Below, one piece after another: positions 37,375 through 48,658 of a DNA stretch of 64,000 nt. The position numbers were made by a program, and so were the translations under genes. Source of the DNA: Gemmatimonadota bacterium (GTDB taxonomy: Bacteria > Gemmatimonadota > Gemmatimonadetes > Palauibacterales > Palauibacteraceae); contig JBHHYJ010000001.1 in the NCBI GenBank assembly GCA_046757485.1, positions 48,319-112,318 of the forward strand, given 5' to 3'. The notes below the pieces were generated by a model. The model was not told the origin of the DNA and searched no databases. It worked only from the letters and a program-made list of their open reading frames with translations. The first letter of the stretch is position 1; every line of letters begins with the position of its first letter.

Positions 37375-38752
37375 CCCCGTTCTTTCGGTGAGCGACGCGG
37401 GCACGATCGGTCGCCAGCTGCCCTGGTCCGAGGAGGCCGAGATCTCCGTGCTCGGTGGCATGCTCATCGACGGAGACGCGGTCGCCCGGGCGGTGGAGCT
37501 GATCAACGACGGCGCGTTCCTCCGGGAGGCGAACCGCCGTGTGTTCCGGGCGATGGCGCGTCTGTACAACCGGGGCGAGGTGATCGACGTCGTGACCCTG
37601 GCCGACGACCTCAAGTCCGCGGGGGAGCTGGAGACGGCGGGCGGGATGGCGTATCTGGCGCAGCTCGTGGACGCCGTGCCCACCGCCGCGAACATCGAGT
37701 ACCACTGCCGGATCCTGCGGGAGAAGGCGGTCCTTCGGCGACTCATCGAGTCGGCCTCCGAGATCATCCGGGACGCCTACGAGGCCCCGGCGGGCGAGGT
37801 GGATGAGACGCTGGACCGGGCGGAGCAACGAGTGTTCGAGATCGCCCAGGCCAGCCAGCGCTCCGGCTTCGTGTGGATCAAGGAGATCCTGTGGCCGACG
37901 TTCGAGCGGATCGAGGAGCTCCAGCGAAGTCCGGGGGCGGTCACCGGCATTCCGACCGGCTTTCCGGATCTGGACCACCTGACGGCCGGGCTGCAGCCGG
38001 CCGACCTGGTGATCCTCGCCGGCCGTCCGTCCATGGGCAAGACGGCGCTGGCGCTGAACCTTGCCCAACACGCCGCCATCGAGGCGGAGGTGCCGGTGGC
38101 CGTCTTTTCCCTGGAGATGGCCAAGGAGCAGCTCGTGCAGCGCCTGCTGTGTGCGGAGGGCCGCGTCGACTCGAGCCGCCTGCGACGCGGCTCGCTCGCC
38201 GACGACGAGTACGCCAGGCTGGCCACGGCGGCCGGTCACCTGAACACGGCCCCGATCTGGATCGATGACACGCCGGCGATCTCCGCTCTGGAGCTGCGAG
38301 CCAAGGCCCGGCGTCTGAAGGCGGAGGTGGATCTGGGCCTGATCATCGTGGACTACCTGCAGCTGATGGCGGGGCCTCGAAACGTGGAGAATCGACAACA
38401 GGAGATTAGCTCCATCTCCCGATCACTGAAGGCGGTAGCGAAGGAGCTCAACGTCCCGATCCTCGCCCTCTCCCAGCTCTCCCGGGCCCCGGAACAGCGC
38501 ACCGACCATCGTCCGGTCCTGGCGGATCTGAGGGAGTCGGGGGCGATCGAGCAGGACGCGGACCTCGTGCTCTTCGTGTACCGCGAGGAGGTGTACAAGA
38601 GCCGGGAGGACATCCTTCAGGACCCCGCGTTGGAGGGCAAGGCCGAGCTCATCGTCGGCAAGCAGAGAAACGGTCCCACCGGAGAAATCTCCCTCTTCTT
38701 TCACAAGGCGTACACCCTGTTCGACTCCGTTTCCAGGCGAGAGGAGGGCTAG
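37307..38752 (+). CDS. dnaB: replicative DNA helicase DnaB
   Basis: Walker A GRPSMGKTALALN. DnaB N-terminal domain (EAEISVLGGMLID). The start may be TTG 37367 (RBS GGAGGA). Confidence 0.9.
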   Translation: MPPGEGSGRWPGRDRRREDSLADPVLSVSDAGTIGRQLPWSEEAEISVLGGMLIDGDAVARAVELINDGAFLREANRRVFRAMARLYNRGEVIDVVTLADDLKSAGELETAGGMAYLAQLVDAVPTAANIEYHCRILREKAVLRRLIESASEIIRDAYEAPAGEVDETLDRAEQRVFEIAQASQRSGFVWIKEILWPTFERIEELQRSPGAVTGIPTGFPDLDHLTAGLQPADLVILAGRPSMGKTALALNLAQHAAIEAEVPVAVFSLEMAKEQLVQRLLCAEGRVDSSRLRRGSLADDEYARLATAAGHLNTAPIWIDDTPAISALELRAKARRLKAEVDLGLIIVDYLQLMAGPRNVENRQQEISSISRSLKAVAKELNVPILALSQLSRAPEQRTDHRPVLADLRESGAIEQDADLVLFVYREEVYKSREDILQDPALEGKAELIVGKQRNGPTGEISLFFHKAYTLFDSVSRREEG

Positions 38753-38799
38753 AAGCCTGTTGCAGAACCACGGCGGGTCGCGTTACGAGCGCCGGGGGG
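38749..38799 (+). repeat. REP-like element, best forward copy (CTAGAAGCCTGTTGCAGAACCACGGCGGGTCGCGTTACGAGCGCCGGGGGG); its TAG is the dnaB stop codon
   Basis: Matches the inverted copies at 4943..4995 and 27712..27765 almost base for base. Confidence 0.7.
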
Positions 38800-38881
38800 C
38801 CAGAGCGGAGGGCGACTCGCCCGGGGTCAGATCGAAGGCGGCGTGACACCGCGGTTTTCGGCAGATCTCGGGGCAGCGTAG

Positions 38882-39529
38882 GTGCGCTTCTCGGAGCTTC
38901 GGGTGGGGGGGGCGGATCCATCGACGGCACGGCGGGGGATCTTGGAGGCGGCAGCCCACCTGCGTGCGGGCGGGCTCCTGGTCCACCCGACCTCGACGCT
39001 GTACGGCATCGGGGGACGCTGCACCGCCGAGATCGACGGGCTCCTGGCGGCGATCAAGGGTCGGCCCGCCGGTGGGCGGTTCGTGCGCCTGGCAGCCGAC
39101 GTGGCCGCCGCGAAGGCGCTGCTGCCCGCGGGGTCGTGGGACGGGCGGGCGGAGAGCTTGAGCCGTGCCTTCTGGCCCGGGAGCCTGACGCTCGTGCTGG
39201 AGGACGGATCGCCGACCGGCGTCGCCGTGAGGGTCGACCCGGAGCCGTTCGTGCGCGCGGTCGTGACCGCTTTCGGAGAGCCGATCAGCTCGACGAGCGT
39301 GAATCGGACGGGGGAGCCGCCGGCCGTGGAGGTGGCGGCGGTGCGACGGTGGCTCGACGCCCTGGAAGACCCCGGCTGCCCGGTGACGTTCTTGAACGCG
39401 GGGCGCCGGCTGGCGGGCGTCCCCTCCACCATCCTCTCTCTCCGGGAGAGGCCGGCTCGGCTCGTCCGCGCGGGCGCCGTGCCCCGGGCCTCGCTGGCGG
39501 AGTGCCTGGAGGAGGAGGTGGTCTCCTGA
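38882..39529 (+). CDS. tsaC: L-threonylcarbamoyladenylate synthase (YrdC/TsaC type)
   Basis: YrdC-fold motifs (LVHPTSTLYGIGG; SSTSVNRTGEPP); 215 aa without the Sua5 C-domain. Confidence 0.8.
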   Translation: MRFSELRVGGADPSTARRGILEAAAHLRAGGLLVHPTSTLYGIGGRCTAEIDGLLAAIKGRPAGGRFVRLAADVAAAKALLPAGSWDGRAESLSRAFWPGSLTLVLEDGSPTGVAVRVDPEPFVRAVVTAFGEPISSTSVNRTGEPPAVEVAAVRRWLDALEDPGCPVTFLNAGRRLAGVPSTILSLRERPARLVRAGAVPRASLAECLEEEVVS

Positions 39530-40029
39530 GCACGTCCCGTGAGGCCGGCGGGCGGCCGTTCCGTCTCCTCTTCGTGTGTACGGGCAACACGTGCCGGAGC
39601 CCGATCGCCGAGGTGCTCGCTCGGCGGGAGCAGGAACGACGCGGCTGGGAGTGGATGGAGGTCGTCTCCGCGGGGACGTTCGCCCCCCGCGACGAGCCGG
39701 CCTCGGAGCTCGCCGAGATCGTGGCCCGGCGCTCGGGGCTCGATCTGACCTCGCATCGGACGCGGCCTCTCGTTCCCGACCTCGTGGAGAGCGCCGAGCT
39801 GGTCGTCGGGATGGGGCCCTCACACGTGGAGATCGCCCGTCAGCTCTGTCCACGCGCGGACCCGGTCCTCATCACTCGATTCCTGTCGGTGGGGCATCCG
39901 GCTCGCGAGCTGGCGGTCCCGGACCCCGCGGGCGGAAGCCTGCACGAGTATGAGCGCACCTTCGAGCTGCTGGCGGCGGCCGTCCAGGGGCTTTTCGGGC
40001 ACCTGGAGGAGCGCTTCGGGGTTCCGTGA
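39502..40029 (+). CDS. low-molecular-weight protein-tyrosine phosphatase / ArsC-like
   Basis: CX5R P-loop LLFVCTGNTCRSPIAE and DPY-like motif region. Start inferred at GTG 39502, overlapping tsaC. Confidence 0.75.
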   Translation: MPGGGGGLLSTSREAGGRPFRLLFVCTGNTCRSPIAEVLARREQERRGWEWMEVVSAGTFAPRDEPASELAEIVARRSGLDLTSHRTRPLVPDLVESAELVVGMGPSHVEIARQLCPRADPVLITRFLSVGHPARELAVPDPAGGSLHEYERTFELLAAAVQGLFGHLEERFGVP

Positions 40030-40963
40030 GCCCCTCGCGGGACGAGCGCTGCTTCGCGCTTCTGGGCCACCCGGTGGGGCACAGCCTCTCTCCTGCCATC
40101 CACGCGGCGGCGTTTCGGGCCCTGAAGGTTTCGGCCTGCTACGTGGCGGTGGATGTGTCGGGGCGGGAGATGCCGGCGGCGATGCGGCGGTACGCCCATC
40201 TCGGGGGCGGAAACGTCACCCTGCCTCACAAGAGGTTGGCTGCCGAGCTCCTCGAACTCCGGGCCGCGCGCGTGGAGGCCACGGGCGCTTCCAACTGCTT
40301 TTGGCTGGACGCTGCCGGACGGCTGGCCGGCGACAACACGGATGTCGAGGGCTTTCGAGCCGCTTCGAGCGCGTTGCTCGGGTCCGGGGCGGCGCTGCGG
40401 GAAGCTCGCTTGCTTCTCCTGGGGGCCGGGGGGGCGGCTCGCGCCGTGCTGGCCGCCTGCCTCGAAGCGGGCGCCGCCCGAGTCGAGATTCTGAACCGAA
40501 CGCCCCGAACGGCCCGCCGGCTGGCGGAGGAGGTCGGTCGCGGCAGCCCGGCGGTCAAGGTCCTGGAACGGGACGCCGTTCCGTCCGGGCCCTATGACCT
40601 GGTCGTCAACGCCACCCGGCTCGGCCTGAGGGAGGAGGACGCCCTGCCGATCGAGCCCGAGGCCTGCGAGGCGGGAGCGGTGCTCGATCTCGTGTACGCC
40701 CCCGGTGGGACGCCTTGGGTGCGGGCCGCGGAAGCGGCGGGGATCCCGGCCGTGGACGGGGTCGAGATGCTGGTTCAACAGGCCGCCGGGTCGCTGCGGT
40801 GCTGGTTCCCGGAGATGGAGCCTCCCCTGGCCGAGATGCGGGCGGCCGCCCGCCGTGCCCTGGCCGGTCGGCCCCGCGAGATCGGCGGGGTGGATCCGGC
40901 GTGCGGGACCGGTCCGGGGCAGGACGCCGGCGCGGACGCCGGGCGCGCGTCGGGGAAGCGGGG

Positions 40964-40967
<4 letters not shown>
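40026..40967 (+). CDS. aroE: shikimate dehydrogenase
   Basis: SxS motif (GHSLSPAIH). NADP-binding GAGGAARAV. Catalytic Lys/Asp contexts (NVTLPHK; NTD). Confidence 0.8.
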
Positions 40968-42849
<1,882 letters not shown>

Positions 42850-42869
42850 CGGCGGGGAGCTCGGCGCGG

Positions 42870-44153
42870 ATGAAACGCTCGGTACGAGACCTCGCGCCGG
42901 AGGAGCTCAGGGGCCGGCGGGCGCTCGTCCGGGTGGATTACAACGTTCCGCTGCAGGAGGGCCGCGTGGCGGATGCGACGCGGATCGAGGCCAGCTGTCC
43001 CACCCTCCGGTACCTTCTGGAGCGGGACGCGCGGCCCGTCCTCCTCTCTCACCTCGGGCGGCCGGGTGGACGGCCGGACCCGCACCACTCCCTGGCTCCC
43101 GTGGCGGACGAGCTGGAAAGGAAGATCGGCGCACGCGTGCACTTCGTGGCTCCGGCGGATTCCCGGGAAGCGGTCGAGGCGAGTCGCGCCATGGGGGGGG
43201 ATGCCGTCCTCCTGTTGGAGAACGTCCGCTTCCTTCCGGGCGAAGCCGGAAACGACGATGCGCTCGCCGCCCGGCTGGCGTCCCTGGGGGAGTTGTACGT
43301 GAACGATGCGTTCGGCTGCCTGCATCGCGCACACGCCTCCACCGTGGGCGTGGCTCGCCTGCTTCGACCCGCCGTCACCGGGCTCCGGGTGGAGGAGGAG
43401 CTGCGCGTTCTGGGCGCTCTCCTCTCGAGTCCCGCTCGGCCGTTCGTCGCCGCGCTCGGCGGAGCCAAGATCGCCGACAAGATCTCCCTTCTCCGGAGCC
43501 TGCTCGAACGATGCGATCGCGTCCTCGTCGGAGGAGTGATGGCCAACACCCTTCTCCGCGCCTCCGGGCTGTCGTTGGGCGCCTCGCGGGTGGAGCAGCA
43601 AGCGCTTCCCGTGGCCTCCGAGCTGCTCGGTCCGGGCGGGGAGCGGCTTCTCCTGCCCACCGACCTCGTGCTCGCCGACGACCTGGAAGCGGAGAGCCCG
43701 GAGATCCTCGAACGTCCGGTAGGCCAGGTGCCGGACGGGTACGCCGCGCTGGACATCGGAGAGCAGAGCCGCTTGGCGTACGGCCGGGAGATTCGTGAAG
43801 CCCGCACCTTCTTCTGGAACGGACCGATGGGGCGCTTCGAGAACCCTCCGTTCGCCGCGGGCACCTTCGCCGTGGCTCGGGCCGCCGTGGAAGCGACGCA
43901 GAGAGGCGCGTTCACGGTCGTCGGCGGAGGAGATTCGGCCCGCGCGCTGCGCGAGGCGGAGGCCGCCGACCGGGTCTCGTTCGTCTCCACGGGCGGTGGG
44001 GCCTCGCTGGAGTTCCTCGCCGGAAAGACCTTGCCCGGGTTGGCGGTCCTGGAGAGCGGTCGGCTGACCGAGAAGGGCCGCACCTCCGAGGGCGGAGAGA
44101 GGGGAGGCGGGCGCGGACTCCTCACGGCTCTGGATGAGGGGAGGCGGTCGTGA
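42870..44153 (+). CDS. pgk: phosphoglycerate kinase, with a ~30-aa C-terminal extension
   Basis: PGK signature RVDYNVP. GGGAS...LEFLAGK C-terminal motif. GTGA overlap with tpiA. Confidence 0.9.
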   Translation: MKRSVRDLAPEELRGRRALVRVDYNVPLQEGRVADATRIEASCPTLRYLLERDARPVLLSHLGRPGGRPDPHHSLAPVADELERKIGARVHFVAPADSREAVEASRAMGGDAVLLLENVRFLPGEAGNDDALAARLASLGELYVNDAFGCLHRAHASTVGVARLLRPAVTGLRVEEELRVLGALLSSPARPFVAALGGAKIADKISLLRSLLERCDRVLVGGVMANTLLRASGLSLGASRVEQQALPVASELLGPGGERLLLPTDLVLADDLEAESPEILERPVGQVPDGYAALDIGEQSRLAYGREIREARTFFWNGPMGRFENPPFAAGTFAVARAAVEATQRGAFTVVGGGDSARALREAEAADRVSFVSTGGGASLEFLAGKTLPGLAVLESGRLTEKGRTSEGGERGGGRGLLTALDEGRRS

Positions 44154-44917
44154 GGCCGACCGGACGTCCGTTCTTCGCGGCGAACTGGAAGATGCACAAG
44201 GGACCGAGGCAGACGGAGGCGTTCGTGGCCCGCTTTGCCCAGCTCCACCCGCCCCGGTCCGAGGCGACGGTGGCGTTTTTCCCGCCGGCCATCAGCCTGT
44301 GCGCGTTCCTGACCGCCTCGGAACGGCGCCCGGACCTGGAAGTGGGAGTGCAGGACGTCCACTCGGAGCCGGCAGGTGCCCACACCGGGGAGATCTCGGC
44401 GCCGATGGCGGCCGAGGCGGGCGCCGTCTGGGGCCTGGCGGGCCATTCGGAGCGCCGTACGGAGTTCGGGGAGACGGACGAGACGGTGGCCCGCAAGGTG
44501 CTAAAGCTGCTGGAGGCCGGGTTGGGTCCGATCCTGTGCGTGGGCGAGAGGCTGGAGGAGAGGGAGAAGGGCCGGCTGGAAGAGGTGCTGAACCGGCAGG
44601 TAGACTCGGTCCTCCGGCGTCTGGCGCTGGAGGACCGCCGAAAGCTGACGTTCGCCTACGAGCCGGTGTGGGCGATCGGGACGGGCCGCACGGCCCGCCC
44701 GGGGGACGCCGCGGAGGCACATGCCGTTCTCCGTTCTCGGGTCGCGACGTACACGGACGAGGAGCACGCGGCCGCCGCGCCGATCCTGTACGGGGGGAGC
44801 GTCAAGCCGTCCAACATCGAGGAGCTCCTGGGAGCCGACGGGGTAGACGGGGTGCTGGTGGGGGGGGCGAGCCTGGACCCGGAGAGCTTCGCGGAGATCT
44901 GCGGGGCGGGTCGGTGA
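44150..44917 (+). CDS. tpiA: triose-phosphate isomerase
   Basis: AANWKMH N-terminus. Active site AYEPVWAIGTG. Confidence 0.9.
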   Translation: MRPTGRPFFAANWKMHKGPRQTEAFVARFAQLHPPRSEATVAFFPPAISLCAFLTASERRPDLEVGVQDVHSEPAGAHTGEISAPMAAEAGAVWGLAGHSERRTEFGETDETVARKVLKLLEAGLGPILCVGERLEEREKGRLEEVLNRQVDSVLRRLALEDRRKLTFAYEPVWAIGTGRTARPGDAAEAHAVLRSRVATYTDEEHAAAAPILYGGSVKPSNIEELLGADGVDGVLVGGASLDPESFAEICGAGR

Positions 44918-45021
44918 GACGCGCCGGCCGGGAGCGGCCGACGGCTTGAATCCTTCGCCGTGTCGATCGTAAGCTGTCGGCCTCGGCTCGGTGATCCTGA
45001 GAATCTATGGAAGAGGTGTCG

Positions 45022-45432
45022 ATGTTCACATTCTTGATCGTTCTGATGAGCCTTCTGGCGTTGCTGCTGATCGTCACCATTCTGCTCCAGTCGGGGAAGG
45101 GAGGGGGCCTGGCGGCCACGTTCGGCGGCGCTTCCTCCTCCACGGAATCCTTCATGGGAGGCCGCCAGGCGGCCACGGTGCTGACGAAGATGACCTGGAC
45201 GGGCGGGGGGTTGTTTCTCTTTCTCGCGCTCGTGCTGGCGATTCTCTCCTCCCGGAGCTCGGGTCCCCCCGAGTCGATCCTCCGCCAGGGGACGAGCCCG
45301 CAGCCGCTGGAGGCGCCCACCTCGGTCCTGCAAAGCGAGGCGGCTCCGGCGGAGACGACAGGGTCGCAGGAGGAGACGCCGGGCGAAGCTTCCGGGAGCG
45401 GAGAGCAGGAGCCTCGGCCGCCTGGGGGCTAG
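45022..45432 (+). CDS. secG: preprotein translocase subunit SecG
   Basis: LIVTILLQSGKGGGL SecG motif; follows gap-pgk-tpiA as in many bacteria. Confidence 0.8.
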   Translation: MFTFLIVLMSLLALLLIVTILLQSGKGGGLAATFGGASSSTESFMGGRQAATVLTKMTWTGGGLFLFLALVLAILSSRSSGPPESILRQGTSPQPLEAPTSVLQSEAAPAETTGSQEETPGEASGSGEQEPRPPGG

Positions 45433-45491
45433 AAGCCGCCAAGCCCCCACGCGCGCGGCCCACCGTGGTTCTTCAACAGGCTCCTAGCTAG
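45429..45491. repeat. back-to-back pair of REP-like elements forming a 63-bp palindromic unit between convergent secG and rnhA
   Basis: Plus-strand CTAGAAGCCGCC... starts at the secG stop. Minus-strand CTAGCTAGGAGCCTGTTGAAGAACCACGGTGGGCCGCGCGCGTGG starts at the rnhA stop. Confidence 0.6.
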
Positions 45492-46117
45492 GTTCCCTCG
45501 CCGCTCGCCGGGTCCGGCGCGGTTGGGTCCGGTCGGAACGGCTCATCGGGCGGCAGGTCCAGAAAGCCGGCGAAGCGTCCGGCGTCGATCTGGCTCTCGA
45601 TCCATTCCGGGAAGGCGGATGCGATGAGGCCGCCGGAGCGGCGCCGCTCACGGGCCGCCTTCACGGCCAGGTGGTTCACGTACTCGTTCTTCGGATGCTC
45701 CGCATGTCCCCGGACCCATCGCCACTCCACCCGGTGCCGACGGGCCACGCCGGCCAGCCTCTTCCACAGGGCCAGGTTCTCGACTCTCCCGCCCTTGCGG
45801 CGCCAGCCCCGCCGCGCCCACCCGTGGATCCAGTCTTTCATTCCGTTCACCAGGTACCCGCTGTCGCTGGTGAGGACCACGTCCGAGGGCCGGCGTAGGG
45901 CCGAGAGACCGAGGATGGCGGAGACGATCGCCATCCGGTTGTTCGTCGTGTCCGCCTCGAAGCGGAAGTAGTCTCGCCGGTGCCAGCCCCGCCTGTCATC
46001 GAAGCGCTCCAGCATCCCCGCGGCCGCGCCCGGGTTGGCGCGCTCCCGGAATTGGTTGCCGAGACAGGATTCGTCGGCGTAGATGTAGATGAGCGAGTCG
46101 GCCACATGCGTATTCAA
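45488..46117 (-). CDS. rnhA: ribonuclease HI with a Pro-rich C-terminal extension
   Basis: IYADESCLGN...GAGA RNase H catalytic motifs. The start may be GTG 46105 rather than TTG 46117. Confidence 0.8.
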   Translation of the reverse strand: MNTHVADSLIYIYADESCLGNQFRERANPGAAAGMLERFDDRRGWHRRDYFRFEADTTNNRMAIVSAILGLSALRRPSDVVLTSDSGYLVNGMKDWIHGWARRGWRRKGGRVENLALWKRLAGVARRHRVEWRWVRGHAEHPKNEYVNHLAVKAARERRRSGGLIASAFPEWIESQIDAGRFAGFLDLPPDEPFRPDPTAPDPASGEGT

Positions 46118-46119
46118 CG

Positions 46120-47256
46120 GTGAGGCAAGCCCCTTTGCAAGGACGAGCCGGATACCTGCTTCTGGAGGACGGGCGCCGGTTCGACGGAATCTACTTGGGC
46201 CCCCTCGAGGGCTCTTGCGGGGAGGCCGTGTTCACGACCGTGCACGCCGGGTACGAGGAGGTGCTTACGGATCCTTCCTTCGCCGGCCAGGTCGTGGTGA
46301 TGACCGCCCCGGAGATCGGGGTGTACGGCATGCGGGCGGGTGATGCCCAATCCCGCCGTCCCTGGGTGGCGGGGTTCGTGGTACGGCACCTCTCCCGTGG
46401 GTCGGGGAGCCGGCCGGGAGAGGGGACTCTGGCAGGATACCTGGAGCGGCACGCCATCCCCACCCTCATGGAAGCGGACACGCGGGCGATCACGCGACAC
46501 ATCCGGGAAGCGGGAGCCATGCGCGCGCTGGTGGCTCCCGCCTCGGTCGGGGAGGCGGAGGCGCGGGAGAGCCTCCAGGGGACGCCCGAGATGTCCGGGC
46601 GGGACCTGGCCTCGACGGTCACCTGTCGTGAGTCGTACGAGATCCGGCCCGCAGCGGGCGAGCGAGGACAGGTGCTGTGTCTCGACTACGGGGTGAAGCG
46701 ACGCAGCCTGGAGCTCCTCCAGCGCGAAGGGTTTCGCGTGCGCGTGCTGCCGGCCACCACGCCGATCGAGGAGCTGAGGTCGGTGGAAGCGGCGGGTCTG
46801 TTCGTCTCCAACGGACCGGGTGACCCCGAAGCGGTGCCCGGAGCGGTCGAGCGAATCCGCGCCCTCAGCGATGCGGGGCTGCCGGTTTTCGGGATCTGTC
46901 TCGGACACCAGCTCGTCGCCCGGGCGTTCGGGGGACACAACTTCAAGCTCCCGTACGGCCATCGGGGCGGGAACCATCCGGTGAAAAACCTGGAGACGGA
47001 CAGGGTGGAGATCACCTCCCAGAACCACGGGTTCGCCGTCGCCGAGGAGGAGGGCCGGGTAGCCGGCGCGCCGGAGCTCGTGATCACCCACCGAAACCTG
47101 AACGACGGGACGATCGAAGGGTTGCGGCACCGGCGCCGTCCCGTTTTCGCCGTTCAATACCACCCGGAGTCTGCCCCCGGTCCCCACGACAGTCGGTATC
47201 TCTTTCGGCACTTCGTCTCCGCGATCGACGGAACTGACGCAACGGCAAGAGGTTGA
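46120..47256 (+). CDS. carA: carbamoyl-phosphate synthase small (glutamine amidotransferase) subunit
   Basis: CarA N-domain (LLLEDGRRFDG...VFTTVHAGYEEVLTDPSFAGQ). GATase triad (GICLGHQ; HGF). Confidence 0.9.
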   Translation: MRQAPLQGRAGYLLLEDGRRFDGIYLGPLEGSCGEAVFTTVHAGYEEVLTDPSFAGQVVVMTAPEIGVYGMRAGDAQSRRPWVAGFVVRHLSRGSGSRPGEGTLAGYLERHAIPTLMEADTRAITRHIREAGAMRALVAPASVGEAEARESLQGTPEMSGRDLASTVTCRESYEIRPAAGERGQVLCLDYGVKRRSLELLQREGFRVRVLPATTPIEELRSVEAAGLFVSNGPGDPEAVPGAVERIRALSDAGLPVFGICLGHQLVARAFGGHNFKLPYGHRGGNHPVKNLETDRVEITSQNHGFAVAEEEGRVAGAPELVITHRNLNDGTIEGLRHRRRPVFAVQYHPESAPGPHDSRYLFRHFVSAIDGTDATARG

Positions 47257-47401
47257 CAGTTCTCCACCTCCGGGTTTAGGTTGAGCTGGGTGGGGACCCC
47301 GCGTTCGTTGGTGTTGCCTCCCGGCCTGCGGGGATCCGGACTCGGACGCCCCGCCACGACCGTGTTATCCCGGGGCTCGTTCCAAGGACCGGTTCGATCG
47401 G

Positions 47402-48304
47402 GTGGCTGACAGACAGCGCGTTACAGTTCTGTGGATCGTTCTCCTTCTCCTGTTCTTCGGGGGAGGGCTGTACGTTTCCGCCCGGCTTCTTACAGGCGGC
47501 GGTGTGGCGTTCCTCGAGGGGCGGAAGATCGCGATCCTGCCCCTGGAGGGGGTGCTCGTCAACGAGCGTTCGTTCCTCTCCCACCTCGACCGCTTCCGCC
47601 GCAACGGTTCGGTGCGAGGCTTCGTGGTGGAGATCCGCTCTCCGGGCGGTACGGTCGGGGCGGCGCAGAGCCTGTACCGGACCCTGCGGACGCTGCGGGA
47701 GGAGGACGACCGACCGATCATCGCTTGGATCGGCGATGTCGGTGCGTCGGGAGGGTACTACGTGGCCCTGGCAGCGGACAGCATCTTCGCTCTGCCAGGT
47801 TCCATCACCGGCTCCATAGGGGTGATCATGGAGTTCCCCAACGCCCAGGAGCTGCTGCGGAAGGTGGGGGTGGGAGTGGATGTCGTGAAGAGCGGTGAGC
47901 ACAAGGATATGGGATCTCCTGCACATCCCCTGACCGACAAGGACCGGGAGATTCTCGAGCGGGTGGTCGGGGATGTGTACGAACAGTTCGTGGATGTGGT
48001 CGTCGCCAACCGGCAGGTGCCCCGGGACAGCGTCCTCCGGCTGGCCGACGGCCGTATCTTCAGCGGTGAACGAGCGTCCGAGCTGGGGCTGATCGACGGC
48101 ATCGGGACGCTCGACGAAGCCGTAGCCGTGGCCGGCCGCATGGCCGGACTCGGGGACCGTCCGGCTACGGTGCGGCCCGGGGAACGGCGTCTAAGCCTCC
48201 TCGATCTGGTTCGAGGGATTCCGGAGGGGGACCTCCGCGGTCTGGCGGGTGTCGTGCGCGGCATGACCGGTGCCGGACCGCGGCTCCTGTACGAGTGGCG
48301 TTGA
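47402..48304 (+). CDS. sppA: signal peptide peptidase SppA, 36K type
   Basis: S49 motifs (IDSPGG-like RSPGGTV; GASGGYY). Single N-terminal TM. Confidence 0.8.
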   Translation: MADRQRVTVLWIVLLLLFFGGGLYVSARLLTGGGVAFLEGRKIAILPLEGVLVNERSFLSHLDRFRRNGSVRGFVVEIRSPGGTVGAAQSLYRTLRTLREEDDRPIIAWIGDVGASGGYYVALAADSIFALPGSITGSIGVIMEFPNAQELLRKVGVGVDVVKSGEHKDMGSPAHPLTDKDREILERVVGDVYEQFVDVVVANRQVPRDSVLRLADGRIFSGERASELGLIDGIGTLDEAVAVAGRMAGLGDRPATVRPGERRLSLLDLVRGIPEGDLRGLAGVVRGMTGAGPRLLYEWR

Positions 48305-48350
48305 AGACCGCTCGATCGATCGGTTTGCCGTCTTCAGAGGGAGAGAAGCC

Positions 48351-48653
48351 ATGACGAAAGCGGATCTGGTGGAGCAGGTCTACGAGGCGATCGGACCGGG
48401 GATCACCAAGAAGGACTGCGGAGCGGTGGTCGATGCCTTCTTGAACGCCGTCAAGCAGGCGCTGGCGAACGAACAGCACATCGAGATCCGGGGCTTCGGC
48501 ACGTTCAAGGTGCGGCGGCGAAAGTCCCGCATGGCTCGCAATCCGAGAACCGGGGAACCGGTACGGGTGCCCGCCCGGACCGTGCCCGTCTTCAAGCCGT
48601 CGCGGCTCTTCAAGGATCACGTAGCGGAGAGAACGCGGTACTTCGAGTTCTGA
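48351..48653 (+). CDS. hup: HU/IHF family DNA-binding protein
   Basis: MTKADLVEQV...RGFGTFKVRRRKSRMARNPRTGEPV signature; RBS GAGGGAGAG. Confidence 0.85.
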   Translation: MTKADLVEQVYEAIGPGITKKDCGAVVDAFLNAVKQALANEQHIEIRGFGTFKVRRRKSRMARNPRTGEPVRVPARTVPVFKPSRLFKDHVAERTRYFEF

Positions 48654-48658
48654 GGAGG

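Noticed and set aside
42870-44153. pgk C-terminal extension as a frameshift fusion with tpiA
   Set aside because: tpiA has its own in-frame GTG start with the canonical AANWKMH N-terminus, and the pgk stop overlaps it (GTGA). The extension is real sequence. It is low-complexity, but no frameshift is required.
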